Part shown: piece by piece, positions 37,886 through 50,139 of the stretch
How the letters are laid out: every line of letters begins with the position of its first letter
Numbering within the stretch: position 1 is the stretch's first letter
Assembly: GCA_038087875.1 (NCBI GenBank)
Contig: CM075988.1
Coordinates: 9,674,001 to 9,738,000, forward strand
Length of the DNA stretch: 64,000 nt
From: Malacoraja senta
Taxonomy: Eukaryota
Reading direction: 5' to 3'
The notes under the pieces: model-generated
Databases searched by the model: none
Told to the model about the DNA's origin: nothing
Seen by the model: only the letters and a program-made list of their open reading frames with translations
Position numbers and translations under genes: made by a program

Positions 37886-40203
37886 CGGTGATGTTTAGCT
37901 TGAATAGCTCAGCAATTGACCTGGTAGATGCTCACTGATACAATAGAAGATTCACAATGGCAATGTATTGTAAAATTACAAGTCATTATCCAAGGGTTAA
38001 ATCAATGACTTTAATTTGCATTGTTGAGCGTCCAATTGTGCTTCCTTTCGGAACATGAGCTGCTCTAATTGATGTGGAAGAGAGCTCTCTGCACGATATG
38101 CCTTCATGGCATATCATGGAAATCAGCACTTCTCACAAATAATTTATAGACATCTGTGCAATGATAAAACCCACGCCATATGGTCTATTGATTTGCAAAG
38201 TGTAAGATGGAACCCACATAAGTAATAGAGCCGTTAAACACAAGGATGTCCTGGGGTGCGTCATAAGTAGGCATAAAACACGGAGCTAGGAAAGGAAGTA
38301 TTGGAGGGATGATGAAAGTGCCAGGCAGATAGATGCATCTTAATGTTTATGAAGGGAAGCAAAGAGATTTTGTGAAGAACTTGCAAAGGACTCTTGCAAG
38401 AGAAGGTTTGAACTAAGGAACAGAGATTCAACAGAGTCAACAAATATTCTTTAGGTCAGGATATAAGATAGGAGGAGGTAACCTTTATTTTCCAGGATTG
38501 AAAAATCAAATACTAGGGGGCATAGATTTAAGATGAGAGGGGCAATGTTTAAAGGAGATGTGAGGAGCAAGTGTTTTTACATAGATGGCAGTGAGTGCCT
38601 GGAATGCGCTGCCAGGGTTGGTAGTAAAGGCAGAGACAAGAGTGGCATTTTACAATATTGGCAGATGGATATGCAGGGAATGGAGGGATTATGGATTATG
38701 CACAGGTAGGTAATACCTGGCATTATCGCCATGGACATTTGGGGCCAAAAGGCCAGTTCTTAAGCTGCAATGTTCCATGATATGTTGATAGGATGGGGTG
38801 ATGTTATGGACTAGATGGGAGAGTGAATGATAATATCGGGCAAGGTTGTTATGTTGTATTTGGGGTTTATACTGGACAGATGAAGGGTAACTCGTTGGAA
38901 AGCATTGACTGTGGCAGAGGTCTTTATCACTTTAGTAGCAGTAATGGCTGCTACTGCATAGCCTCAGTAAATCACAATCACAATAATACTTTATTAGCCA
39001 AGTATGTTTTGCGACATTCGAGGAATTTCATTTGCCAAGTCAGTCATACAATAAAAAGCAACGGAACACACAAAATACATTTTAACATAAACAGGGCTCA
39101 TCCCTAACCTCAGGGGTTATCTACATGAAGTTCTCCCTATGACTGCGTGAGTATCCTTTGGGTGCTCTGGTTTCCTCCCGCACACTGTGCTGTTCTATGG
39201 TGTATGTTTTATCACAAAGACATCTTGGTAAATGGGTTCACTATTATAAATTGCCTCTAATGTAGGTGGATGTCCGGAAACTCCTATGAATGTGCATGAG
39301 CATGCAGCAGGGAATAAGGTAATGAGGAAATAAATGGGCAATGAGACTATTGGGAATGCCCTGAGAGCCAGCATAGACTTGGTGAGCTGCATACTCTTCT
39401 ATAGCATAAGAGCATAGGAGAGTAACATGAATACTGAAGGTTGGCATGAGAAAAGTAAATTTAGAAACTGTATGAATAGTTCTTTCTGTGACGAGGTACT
39501 CTGTTCAATGCATTGATCAGTGATGTTATAGCTTATGCATTCTACTGTGCATCTGAAATCTAATTCCATTGGAACTATATTTCAGAAGCAAGTTCAACAC
39601 TACTTCATGATCTGAAATTAAACTTGGTTTAACAGGATGCTAAGGCAGCAAAACGCTTGGTTGAGCCGAAGATACTAGTCCAAGATAAGGCGGCGTGGAG
39701 GCACCGATGTAGAATAGTAAGATTAAACGAGAACTTACCAGTTCGAAGTTTGATCATTATTTTATGAGGAGTACGTTGAGGGAATACGTGAAGAACCCCG
39801 CCAGGACGCATGCGTGTCATTCTTCAAAGCAGCGGTGTGAAATCACAGATAACTGTAATGACTGAACATAGTAAGATTAGAAAAGAAGATACCAGTTGAG
39901 TATATGATTAAGGGTGGGAGCGGAGGGCACGTATTCCCTCAACGTACTCCTCATAAAATAATGATCAAACTTTGAACTGGTAAGTTCTCGTTTAATCTTA
40001 CTATTTTACTTCGGAGTCACGTGAGTGACTACGTGAAGATTTCAAAGCTCTGTGATTTCATGCCGTGGAAACGAGTCCATGCATCACATCTGCCTTAATG
40101 ACTATGGGAGGAATTGTGTTAACATGATTAGACATGAATACGACATTGAAATCCATGATAAAGTTATTAACACCAAATTATAGCCCCTATTTATAGGGTG
40201 AAA

Positions 40204-41181
40204 TTATATTACAGAACCTAAAATTGCTTCTGCAAACGTTCCAGGTTTAATTACTAGTTTATGATAAAATAGTTGGAAAGTTTTCTCCCTTGACCATCCT
40301 GCTGTCTTGAGGATTTGGTCCATCGGAACATCCAACTGCATAGCTGCCGATGTAGCTGCAGCCCTGGTGGAATGAGATTTGAAAATGTTAGTATCCACCC
40401 CAGCCTTTAATAGAACCTGTTTCAGCCATCTTGAGATGGTCTGGACCGTCACTTTTTTGTGAGGTTGCTTGTGGCTGATTAATAGTGCCATCTCTTTGCC
40501 TCTGATGATTTTCGTGTTCTCCATATATAGCAGTAAATGTCTTACTATACAGAGACGATCATCTGTCGGGTAAGCCCTAAATTCTATATTGAGGCCTGCT
40601 GACCCCTGTCTGTTCTGCTTGACTAATTCATAAATATGACACGTTATATTCCCAGATGAAGAAGTCATGTTGTCCACTCTTAATTTATGTAATGACTGTA
40701 CCCTTTGTGCCGTGACCAATGCCATCAGCATGACTGTTTTCAGTGTCAGTCTTTGTAGGGACAGAGCTGTTGCTGGAGACCAATTCCTTAGCATAGTCAG
40801 GACAATACTCACATCCCATATTTGGGAGTACCTGGTTCTGGGGGGATTGATATTAAAAATTCCCCTCATAAGATTTGTTACCAGGGGGTGAGTCCCAACA
40901 GAATGACGCTCTGTTCCTTGGCCTAGATATGTTGACAGGGCACTTCTGGCGCAGTTGATGGCACTATAACTGAGCCCCTCATCGTAATGGAGGCCTGCCA
41001 GGAATTCCAGAACAGACATGATGTTCATTGATCTGTAGGTGATGTTGTTTCTGTGACAGTACATCTCCCATTTCCTGATGTATACCAGGTACTGTTTTTT
41101 GGTGGACTGTCTGTGGGCCGCTGAAATAATGTTCACTGTTCGGTCCGTCAGTCCCAGTTGCAGTAGAGGTACTTTTAGACT
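40204..41181 (-). CDS. DIRS tyrosine recombinase, uninterrupted frame
   Basis: Open frame with TAQRVQ (Arg), KQ, HSTR, AGW and FY catalytic-type motifs; no ATG at the N-terminus. Confidence 0.9.
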   Translation of the reverse strand, partial: SLKVPLLQLGLTDRTVNIISAAHRQSTKKQYLVYIRKWEMYCHRNNITYRSMNIMSVLEFLAGLHYDEGLSYSAINCARSALSTYLGQGTERHSVGTHPLVTNLMRGIFNINPPRTRYSQIWDVSIVLTMLRNWSPATALSLQRLTLKTVMLMALVTAQRVQSLHKLRVDNMTSSSGNITCHIYELVKQNRQGSAGLNIEFRAYPTDDRLCIVRHLLLYMENTKIIRGKEMALLISHKQPHKKVTVQTISRWLKQVLLKAGVDTNIFKSHSTRAAATSAAMQLDVPMDQILKTAGWSREKTFQLFYHKLVIKPGTFAEAILGSVI

Positions 41182-43099
41182 CTACAAATTAATAAGTTCA
41201 TATGGTTATGACATGGGTGGCTTTCCCTTGTTACGGGATGAACCAGTAAATCTGGTCTATTCAGGATGGTGATGCATGGTTCTAATACCATGTCGAGTTT
41301 CACAGGGAACCATGGTTGAGTAGGCCAATCGGGTACTACCAAAATACCAGACGCAGAGTCTTGCTGTATTTTCCTTAATACCCGACTGATGAGGCAGAAA
41401 GGAGGGAATGCATATATAAACAATTTCCCCCAATGCAGCGAAAATGCATCTGTCGCCGCTGCCCCAGGGTCTGGTTCCCATGAAACATAGTTTGATAACT
41501 GGTGATTAAGCCTGGATGCGAATAGATCGATATCTGGTGTTCCATACCATGCTGTAATATCAGCAAATACTTTTTTATCCAACATCCATTCGGTGTTTTC
41601 ATTAAATTTGCGTGACCTGGTGTCTGCCACTGAATTTAGTTTACTTGGTAGGTAAGTAGCTGATATCCAAATATTTCTATGGATACACCATTGCCAAATT
41701 GTGTTGGGCAGATTGTCACATGATGTCGATTTGTTTCCACCCATGTGGTTGATATATGCTACCACGGTGGTATTGTCAATCAGTAGTCTAACATGCTGGT
41801 GAAATAACCCAGAACAATATGACTTTAGGCCATGGAATGCACCCAACATTTCCAGGTAGTTTATGCCCAGTGTTTGTAATAATGACGCCTCCTGTGCATT
41901 CCATCTACCTCCACAGCTGGAGATGGAATTGGTAGCACCCCAACCAAGTGCACTGGCATCAGTTTGTAGCACCATAGAAGGGTTGCTGATAATGATTGGA
42001 TTGGAACAATGTCGAATATTATCTTTCCACCATTTTAGTTCCATTTTTGGCTTTGATTGGTAGCTTCATTGGTCTGTCAAAATGACCAGCATTAACTTTG
42101 AGTGCTCGTATTTTTGCCCTCTGTAAATTTTGATAATGTAAAGGTCCAAATTGTGTGGCTGGAAAGGCAGCCACTATTCTGCCAATTATTCTTGCTACCA
42201 ATCTGATGGATGGTTTACTGATGTCAATGAGGTTATTGCAAGCCTCTATTAAGGCTATAGCCTTTTCCTTAGGCAAAGTCACCGACATGTGAACTGAGTT
42301 AATGGTGAACCCCAAATAATCCATTGTGGTGGAAGGCGTTAATTTAGATTTAACTGGATGGATGATAAACCCCAGTTTTTCAAATAATTGTATCGTGGCT
42401 GTTACCGTTTGTTTGGCCAATTCCAAAGTTTTGTCCACAATAAGTATGTCATCTAGTTATGCCATCACCATGTGTTTTTGTTTCCGCAGAAACGCTAGGG
42501 CTGGTTTCAAATTTTTAGTGAACAGCCTGGGGGCTGATGTTAGCCCATTTGGTAGTGCTCTGTACTGCCAGAGCTGTCCCATCCAGTTTAATTTTAAATA
42601 ACATCTGTGGTCACCTCGTATAAGCACTGAATAGTAAGCATCTTTTAAATCGATGCTAGCCATGAAGTAACCTTTGGAAATCAATTGTTTAGCAGTAACA
42701 AAGGTTTCCATTTTGAAATGAATATATTGTACAAAAGTATTCAAATTTGTCAAATCTATGATGATGCGACAAACACCATCTTTTTGTTTTTGGTAAAGAT
42801 ATTGGACACAAATTCCAGCGATTCGTGTTGGTTTTTTTCAATTACCCCTTTTGCGTAAAGCCGCTCCAGTTCAGCATGTGCTTCTGATTTTTCTTTACCT
42901 GAAAGTACGAACATTCGGTTCGGTACATGCTGAACTGGAGGGCTATGTTTGTGTATAAATTCTATGGTATATCCCTGGATACTGCTTAAAATATAAGTGT
43001 CTGTAGTTAACATGCTCCATGCATCCAGAAATAAGTGTAATCTCCCACCAACCTCCATACTCCCTGCATTCGTAAGGAACCAGACCCACCTACCTCCAT
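41175..43099 (-). pseudogene. DIRS pol: RT, RNase H and adenine methyltransferase-like domain (frameshifts; YLDD Tyr mutated to stop)
   Basis: IDLKDAY, LPNGLTSAP, *LDD at 42457, TDAS..GWG, INYLEM, DNTT, DLFAS, FPPF. Confidence 0.93.
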
Positions 43100-43105
43100 G
43101 GTTAC

Positions 43106-45360
43106 CAGTGCCATCTCCTTGTTACCACCTCTAAACCCATGTTCTGCTGATGATCTTGTAGATAACTTTAATTCCAAAATTGTGAAAGTTATAGATGTCA
43201 TTGCACCTGTTATGGTTAAAACGATTTCTGGTAAGCAAAAGGTACCCTGGAGAAAAGCTGCTTTTGTAACAGCCCAGAAAAGAGAATGCCGGAAAGCTGA
43301 ACGCATCTGGCGGAAAACAAAACTTCATATTCACCATGACATCTATAAAGAGAGCCTCCGTGCCTACAATTTAGACTTAAAAAGTGCTAGAAACATTTTC
43401 TCCAATATCATTAACAACAACACTAATAAGGCAAAAACCCTATTTGCAACTGTTGACAGACTGACCAACCCCCCAACACAAATACCACCTGAACTCCATT
43501 CCACGCAGAAATGCAATGAGTTTGCATTCTTTTATACTGATAAAATTGAAGGCATCAGACGTGCCATCAATATCTCTCCTGCAAACAAAAATGTTGGATC
43601 ACCACCCTGTTTAGGCAAAAGTAACATGGCAATGATGACATGCTTTAATGTCATAGACTCTAAAACCCTTGTGGAAACGGTGACACAACTAAGGCCATTC
43701 ACCTGCTGCCTTGATGCTTTACCTACCAACTTCTTTAAGAATGTTTTTGACTGCCTAGCAATAGACATACTGCAAATAGTTAACAGCTCTCTTCAATCAG
43801 GCAATTTCCCAAAAGCCTTGGAAACTGCAGTTATTAAACCCCTTTTAAAAAAGCGGAGCCTAGATGCCTCTATTATTAACAACTATAGACCAATATCAAA
43901 CCTACTTTTCATAAGTAAAATCATTGAGAAAGTTGTCCTCCAGCAACTTAATCACTTCCTGGCTTCAACTGGCTGCTACGACAACTTCCAGTCAGGATTT
44001 CGACCTCTTCATAGCACTGAGACCGCCCTTATTAAAGTTGTAAACGACATCCGTCTTAACACAGACTCTGGCAAAGTTTCAATATTAATGCTATTAGACC
44101 TCAGTGCTGCATTCGACACTGTTGATCACTCAATACCTTTGGACAGGTTGGAAAAATGGGTGGGGCTCTCAGACACAGTCTTAAGTTGGTTCAGGTCATA
44201 TCTACAAGATAGGAACTATTTTGTTTCCATTGGCGACTTTGTATCAGAACCAACCAACGTGACGTGTGGAGTCCCGCAAGGTTCAATCTTAGATCCCTCT
44301 TTATTCAACATCTACATGCTCCCACTAGGGCAAATCATGTGAAATAATAATATTGACCACCACTGCTATGCCGATGACACTCAAATCTATGTAGCGCTAT
44401 CACCAAATGACTATCGCCCCATAGATCTGCTGTGCCAGTGCATTGAGCAAGTCAAAGACTGGATGTGCCAAAATTCCCTCCAACTAAATAAGGACAAAAC
44501 GGAGATAATTGTTTTTGGTGCTAAAAAAGAAAGGCTTAAAGTAACCCAACACCTTCACTCTCTGTCCCTGAAAACTTCAAACAATGCCAGAAATCTCGGG
44601 GTTATTATGGATTCAGATTTACATTTCGACCGTCACATCAAATCAGTAACAAAATCGGCCTACTATCACCTCAAAAACATAGCAAGACTAAGAGGACTCA
44701 TGTCAGCTCAAGACTTAGCTAGATTATTGTAACGGTCTCCTTGCAGGTCTTCCAAAAAAAAACTGTCAGGCAGCTACAGCTTGTTCAGAACGCTGTTGCT
44801 AGAGTTCTAACAAAGACCAAAAAATTTGAACACATTACACCAATTCTTAAATCCTTACATTGGCTCCCTGTATGTCAGAGAATTGATTTAAAAATCCTGC
44901 TGCTCACCTATAAATCACTACATGGTTTAGGGCCAAAGTATATCACTGACATGCTTCCACTATATAAGCCTTCTAGACTGCTAAGATCTTCTGAGACCAA
45001 TCTGTTAGTGATTCCCAGAGTAAATACAAAACATGGGAAAGCAGGATTTAGTTACTATGCAACAAATAGCTGGAATAAACTTCCTGAAGATTTAAGACTT
45101 GCCCCTGCTTTCACAACTTTTAAAACAAGACTGAAAACTTTTATGTTTACTTTAGCTTTCAGCTAAATCTTAACTACATTGCACTTTTAACTTTTGCACT
45201 TTTCTATAATGCATTTTTAACTTTGCTTTTATTTTCTTTTAATTCTTCTATTTTATTTCATGTTATTATTTCATTTTATTGTATGACATGTTTTTATGTG
45301 AAGCACTTTGAGTCTGCCTCGTGTATGAAATGTGCTATATAAATAAAGTTGCAGTTGCAG
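43106..45360 (+). mobile_element. L2-clade LINE, 5'-truncated, few lesions
   Basis: NYRPISNL, QSGFR..HSTETAL, LLDLSAAFDTVDH, GVPQGS, YADD just after the stop at 44340, HITPIL..LHWLP; tail TGTGCTATATAAATAAA(GTTGCA)n. Confidence 0.95.
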
Positions 45361-46601
45361 TTACTTCTTTTTGTGAATCCTTCGTGGAGGTTGAGGCGCC
45401 GGTGTCTGGGTTTGTGGTTGGGTTGGTGTTGGGGGTTTGCGCATCTTCCACGAAGGCCGGTCTGGGCCATGGCCTAAAAAAGACCGATGTTCGGTGTACC
45501 TGGCCTTTGAGCTTTCACCAGTTTGTCTTGTTCTACTGGTGGGTGCATAAGGGTGCTGTTTATGGCCATAGTAGGTTTTTGATGATGTCGCTTTGATGAG
45601 CCCCAGGGTTTTTGCCTCCTCATCGAGCTCTTTGACTTGCTTGGATAGGTTACCTCCAAATAGACAAATTGGTGGTTTTATGTTTCCAGGTTTGCACAGA
45701 CCTGCAAATTTCGGGTTTAAAGCAGGTCGGATGGCACTCTTCCTGATGTTGTTTATTTTGTATTGAGTATTACAGAGCAGTGCCGGTGCATCCTGTTGAT
45801 CCTGCGACATCTCCTTTTCATCTACTGTGCGGGCGAAAGCTGTTATTCCCGTTGTTAGGAGCTTCAGTACTCTTTGGAGTTTGACATCCATGCCTCTAAC
45901 TCCTGCTCCGACGTGTTTCCATATGCAATTATTTACAATAGGAACATTCAGGGATGTACAGTTCCCAGGTGGCAAATGTCTTGCCGTGGTGTCCATTACA
46001 GCCTGTTCCTGTAGCTGCTTAAATGACATATAGTCAATACTGGCAGCTAGTTTCGGTTCCAGGTTTCGGCCAGTTTGGTCTGGCTGTATGAATTAGGACA
46101 CCATGTCCAGTAGATTTTGGTCTTCCTGCACCCCTCGCACACTTGATTTTTGTTCTGTAAACCCCTCTTCAGGGTCAGCCCAGAATTGACCCCCAGTACT
46201 CCCCTCTGACGAGGGAGATGCACTGTGCAGACCTACAAGAGGTGTTACTGTGGGTGTAATAAATTTCCACAGTGACTAGACTCAATCTCCCGGAGCCTGT
46301 CATGTTGGAGCATTTGCTCCATAAGCCGCTCCATCCGGCTCCAGCGTTCACGGTCGCTGGCTGCTCGCGGCTGCTCAAAGTCGGACTCATCCGAGTCAAC
46401 GACTCTATTAGACTTTTGTTTTGCCTTACCGCCCGGCCGCGGTTTAGATCTGGCCGGTGCGGGGGCGAAGTCGGGCACAGCTGTTCCCATTACGGGTGAT
46501 TCATGTGCCGCTGGCCGCTCCTGGCTGCCCGCAACCAGGAGCTGCCTGTCCTCCCTCGCCAGCTTTGTCGCAGCCTTCTTAGTTGTCTTCGTCTTGTCCA
46601 T
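45361..46601 (-). pseudogene. DIRS gag-like ORF1 (disrupted)
   Basis: ORFs 46245-46637 and 45361-46029, homologous to the other DIRS gag-like ORFs. Confidence 0.82.
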
Positions 46602-47055
46602 TGACTCCACACCTGTAACACAGTATGTAGATAACAAAAAGAATGCAGAGTATCTCTTACCTGCAGTTCCCGGCTCTTAAACTTTGCCGCTGAGGGGGAA
46701 CATCGTTCCACCTGCGTGACTATTTCGCAATGCGTGTAGCGATATGACACGCATGCGTCCTGGCGGGGTTCTTCACGTAGTCACTCACGTGACTCCGAAG
46801 TAAAATTGCTGTCTTACAGCACCAGAGACCCGGGCTCGATCCTGACTATGGGTGCTGTTTGTACGGAGTTTGTATTTTCTCCCTGTGGCCATGTGTGTCT
46901 TCTCTGGGTGCTCTGGTTTTATCCTACAGTCCAAAGACGATCAGGTTTGGTAAAAAAAAATGTTAATTGTCCCTTGTGTGTAGGATAGTTAAAGTGTATG
47001 GGGTTCGCTGGTCGGCGCGGACTCAGTGGGCTGAAGGGCCTGTTTCTGCACTCTA

Positions 47056-47856
47056 TTGAATTGAATTGTATTGAATTTAATTTATTTATCATTCAATAAA
47101 GAAAATTTGAACGAAATGTCATTACCGTACAGTTATAACAATAAAAAGCAAACAAAACACACAATGACATAAATTTAACACAATCATCCATCACAGTGAC
47201 TCTCCTCCAGGCACCTCCTCACTGTGATGGAAGGTAAAAAAAGGCTTATCTCTTCCTTGCTTCTTGTCCCGCCGTCAGGCAGTCAAAACTGCTGCCTCAA
47301 GGCGATCGAGGCTCCCGATATTGAAGTCCCCGCCAGGCGACGGAAGGTCCCATGGCAGAGCCGTGCCAGGCGATGAAAGGTCCTGTGAACGGGCCGATTC
47401 AAGCCTTGCGATTTGGGGCAGACGAAGCTGCTGTGGCTGGAGCTCCCGAAAAGTCGGTCGCCAACCAGGGACCTGCGAGCTCCCGATGTTACAGACCACA
47501 GGGCCCGCGGCCGAAGCCTCCGAAAGTAGAGTAGCAGCGCCACCACAGCAATCGCAGCGCCACCACAGCCTCCGAAAGTCAGCCAGCTCCACGAGTCCAC
47601 AGGCTCTGCGACCGGAGCCCTCAAGGTTGATCTCAGCTGGAGGCCGCGCAGCTCCTCAATGTTAGGCCGCCGCGTGAACGGAGATATGGCACGGAAGAAA
47701 AGTTGCATCTCCGTTGAGGAAAGAGATTTTTTAAAAGTCTTCCCCCCCCCACCACATAATACACCATTATTACATACATCTGACATTAACGATAAAACAA
47801 AGGGAAAGAGACAGACAGACTGCAGACGAGCCGCAGACGCAGACGCAGTGCCGCCA
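47056..47856 (-). mobile_element. GC-rich non-autonomous retroposon, family X
   Basis: Shares 5' and 3' modules with 48168-48865 and 61691-62672; AATAAA plus (TTCAA)n-type tail. Confidence 0.65.
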
Positions 47857-48167
47857 CAAGATGGTATCCCCAAACTAACCAAAATTCACTGTCTGAAATC
47901 TAATTGCTTAGATTTCAATGAAGCAATATTTCAGAAGCAATGTTCAATACTCACTCTCTACCACAACACATACTGTATAATAGGGAATGCTACTTCATGA
48001 TCTGGAAATTAAATTTGGTTTAACAGGATGCTTATGCAGAAAAATGCTTGGTATAGGCCAAGATACCGGTGAGCAAAGATGGTAGATTCAAACACAAGGG
48101 AGTAAGAAGTAGACTTTGTGACAGAGGCTGACACTGATTTCATCTTTTATGATGATGAGGTAGAGAT

Positions 48168-48865
48168 AGACAGTCTGTTTGTCCTTTCTTCTGTTTTGTT
48201 ATTTTAAGTTCATGTTAAAGAGTATGTTTTAGCGTTCCTTGGTTTGTTTTATGTGGGGGGTGGGGAGGGGGGGCTGGGGGAAACTTTTTTCAATCTCTTA
48301 CCTCGACAGAGATGCGATTTTTTCCCTATTTTATCTGCATCCCCACAGCGGACTAACATCGTGGAGTGGCGCGGACTTTCCTGGAGACAGACCCGGCGCT
48401 TCAACCGTGGGCGTGGTGCAGACTTACCAACATGGAGCTTGCTATCCCTTTGCCGGGGATCGACTGTGGAGAGCTCCAACCGCGGGCCAGTGGACTTTAA
48501 CATTGTAGAACCCGCAGACCCTGGTTAGAGACCGATTCGGGAACTCCAAGCCGTGGAGAGTTTCAACTGTCCCAATGCGGGAGTTTCAATCACCCCGACG
48601 CGACGGCTTTGGATCGCTGGCTGCGGGAGTTTTTATCGCCCCCAACTGCGGATGGTTTGACAGCCCCGACCGCAAGAGAATAAAGAGGGAGAAGATTGAA
48701 CTTTATTACCTTCCATCACAATGAGGAATGTGGATGTTTATGTTAACTTTTATTTCCTGTGGCTGTGTGTCTTGTTGCTTTTGACTTTGTATGGCTGTAT
48801 GGTAACTCAAATTTGACTGTACCATAATTGGTACATGTGACAATAAACTGACCTTGAAACCTTAA
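48168..48865 (+). mobile_element. GC-rich non-autonomous retroposon, family X
   Basis: G-run/GAGATGCGA/CTAACATCG module, CCTTCCATCACA module, CAATAAA plus short tail. Confidence 0.65.
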
Positions 48866-49577
48866 ATCTGGCACCCCCATCAATGCATGTACCAGTGATA
48901 TACTGCGGCTAATTAGATGAGGCAAGTAATGAGGGAGACAATACAGAGAGACAGGATTTAGCATCAAGGTAGATAAGAATATGGGCTGCGACTGGATCAT
49001 TTGAAGGACATAGTGGAAGAAGTGCTGAACATAATCTGTCAAAGGCCATACTTCCTAAATGTTCACCAATTTGGTGCATAAAGGTGAAAGTGCAGATATG
49101 TAAAGAGTAACTTTGGAAGAGTTAATTTACTCCTCCAGATGACTCTGGAACAGTGGATTACCTGAAGAACACGAAGCATTTTGTAGAAGGACATACTCTA
49201 TGACAGTGGGAGCTTCGATAATGATTACTCTTGGAAGGTTAGGTTCATAAATAATGAAACATCTATCAGGACCAATAAATAAAGCATAGTAGACTGCATA
49301 AGGGTTTCATTGCCAAGAAACAAAAAATACTGCACAATGACATGCAAAATATTTTACACAGATTAAAAGTCAAATATCGTTCCATTTAATAAATCATACT
49401 TAGCTCGAGCAAATATATCAAATTGAATAATAATACTTGCAGCAAATTGTATTTAGTGCCAAAGTAATGTGATCTGGAGTAGTGTACAGTTATCAATTTA
49501 AAATTTAGATTGCAAGTGTTACTCTAGATTCTGCGGGAGTTAACAAATGAGAATGGTATTCTTGTCACTGGACATAA

Positions 49578-50042
49578 AGGGCCTGTCCCACGGGCATGCG
49601 ACTCCATGCGGCAAGCACGACCTAACCGCAAACGGGGGCCGCGCGGAGGTCGAGTGATCCCCGTACAGGGCCAGTCCCACCAGCATGCGGCTGCATGCGG
49701 CAAGCGCTACCAAATTGGAAGCGGGGGCCGCGCGGAGGTCGAGTGACGTCAAGACGGTGCGAACGGCGGCGAGGCGGTGCGCATGGCCGTCGATGCGGCG
49801 CGCACGGCCTCGATGCAGCTGCGGGGCGGCAGGCCGTTGCTGCACAGAATTTTTGAACAGTGTCAGTTTTTCGGAGCCCCGCGCGATGTCGGGACCAGCT
49901 CCGCAGAACTCCATACGGCTCTGGCGATCGAAGTGGGACCGGCCCCGCGACCTCCGCGACCTCCGCGCGGCCCCCGCACGGCCCCCGCTTGCGGTTAGGT
50001 CGCGCTTGCCGCATGGAGTCACATGCCCGTGGGACAGGCCCT
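49578..50042. mobile_element. PIF/Harbinger-type MITE, subfamily A (opposite orientation to 37344)
   Basis: TIR AGGGCCTGTCCCACGGGCATG; TAA/TTA flanks. Confidence 0.9.
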
Positions 50043-50139
50043 TTAGTAAAGTCACAGGGAGAAATGGGGAGATCTTTGACAGACACTTCAGCATTAGGAT
50101 AGTACTCAATCCTGGCCATTCATGCAATACAATTGTGTT

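Larger units (their letters stand above)
39713..46806 (-). mobile_element. Full-length DIRS1-type retrotransposon with a nested L2, inserted in a V-SINE head
   Basis: ITRs and ICR (about 39928-40040); gag 45361-46601; RT/RH/MT 41175-43099; YR 40204-41181. The SINE halves lie at 39689-39715 and 46804-47055. Confidence 0.96.

Noticed and set aside
40204..42044. Phage-like integrase plus methyltransferase as prophage or bacterial contamination
   Set aside because: Both are standard DIRS1 domains within the ITR/ICR boundaries.
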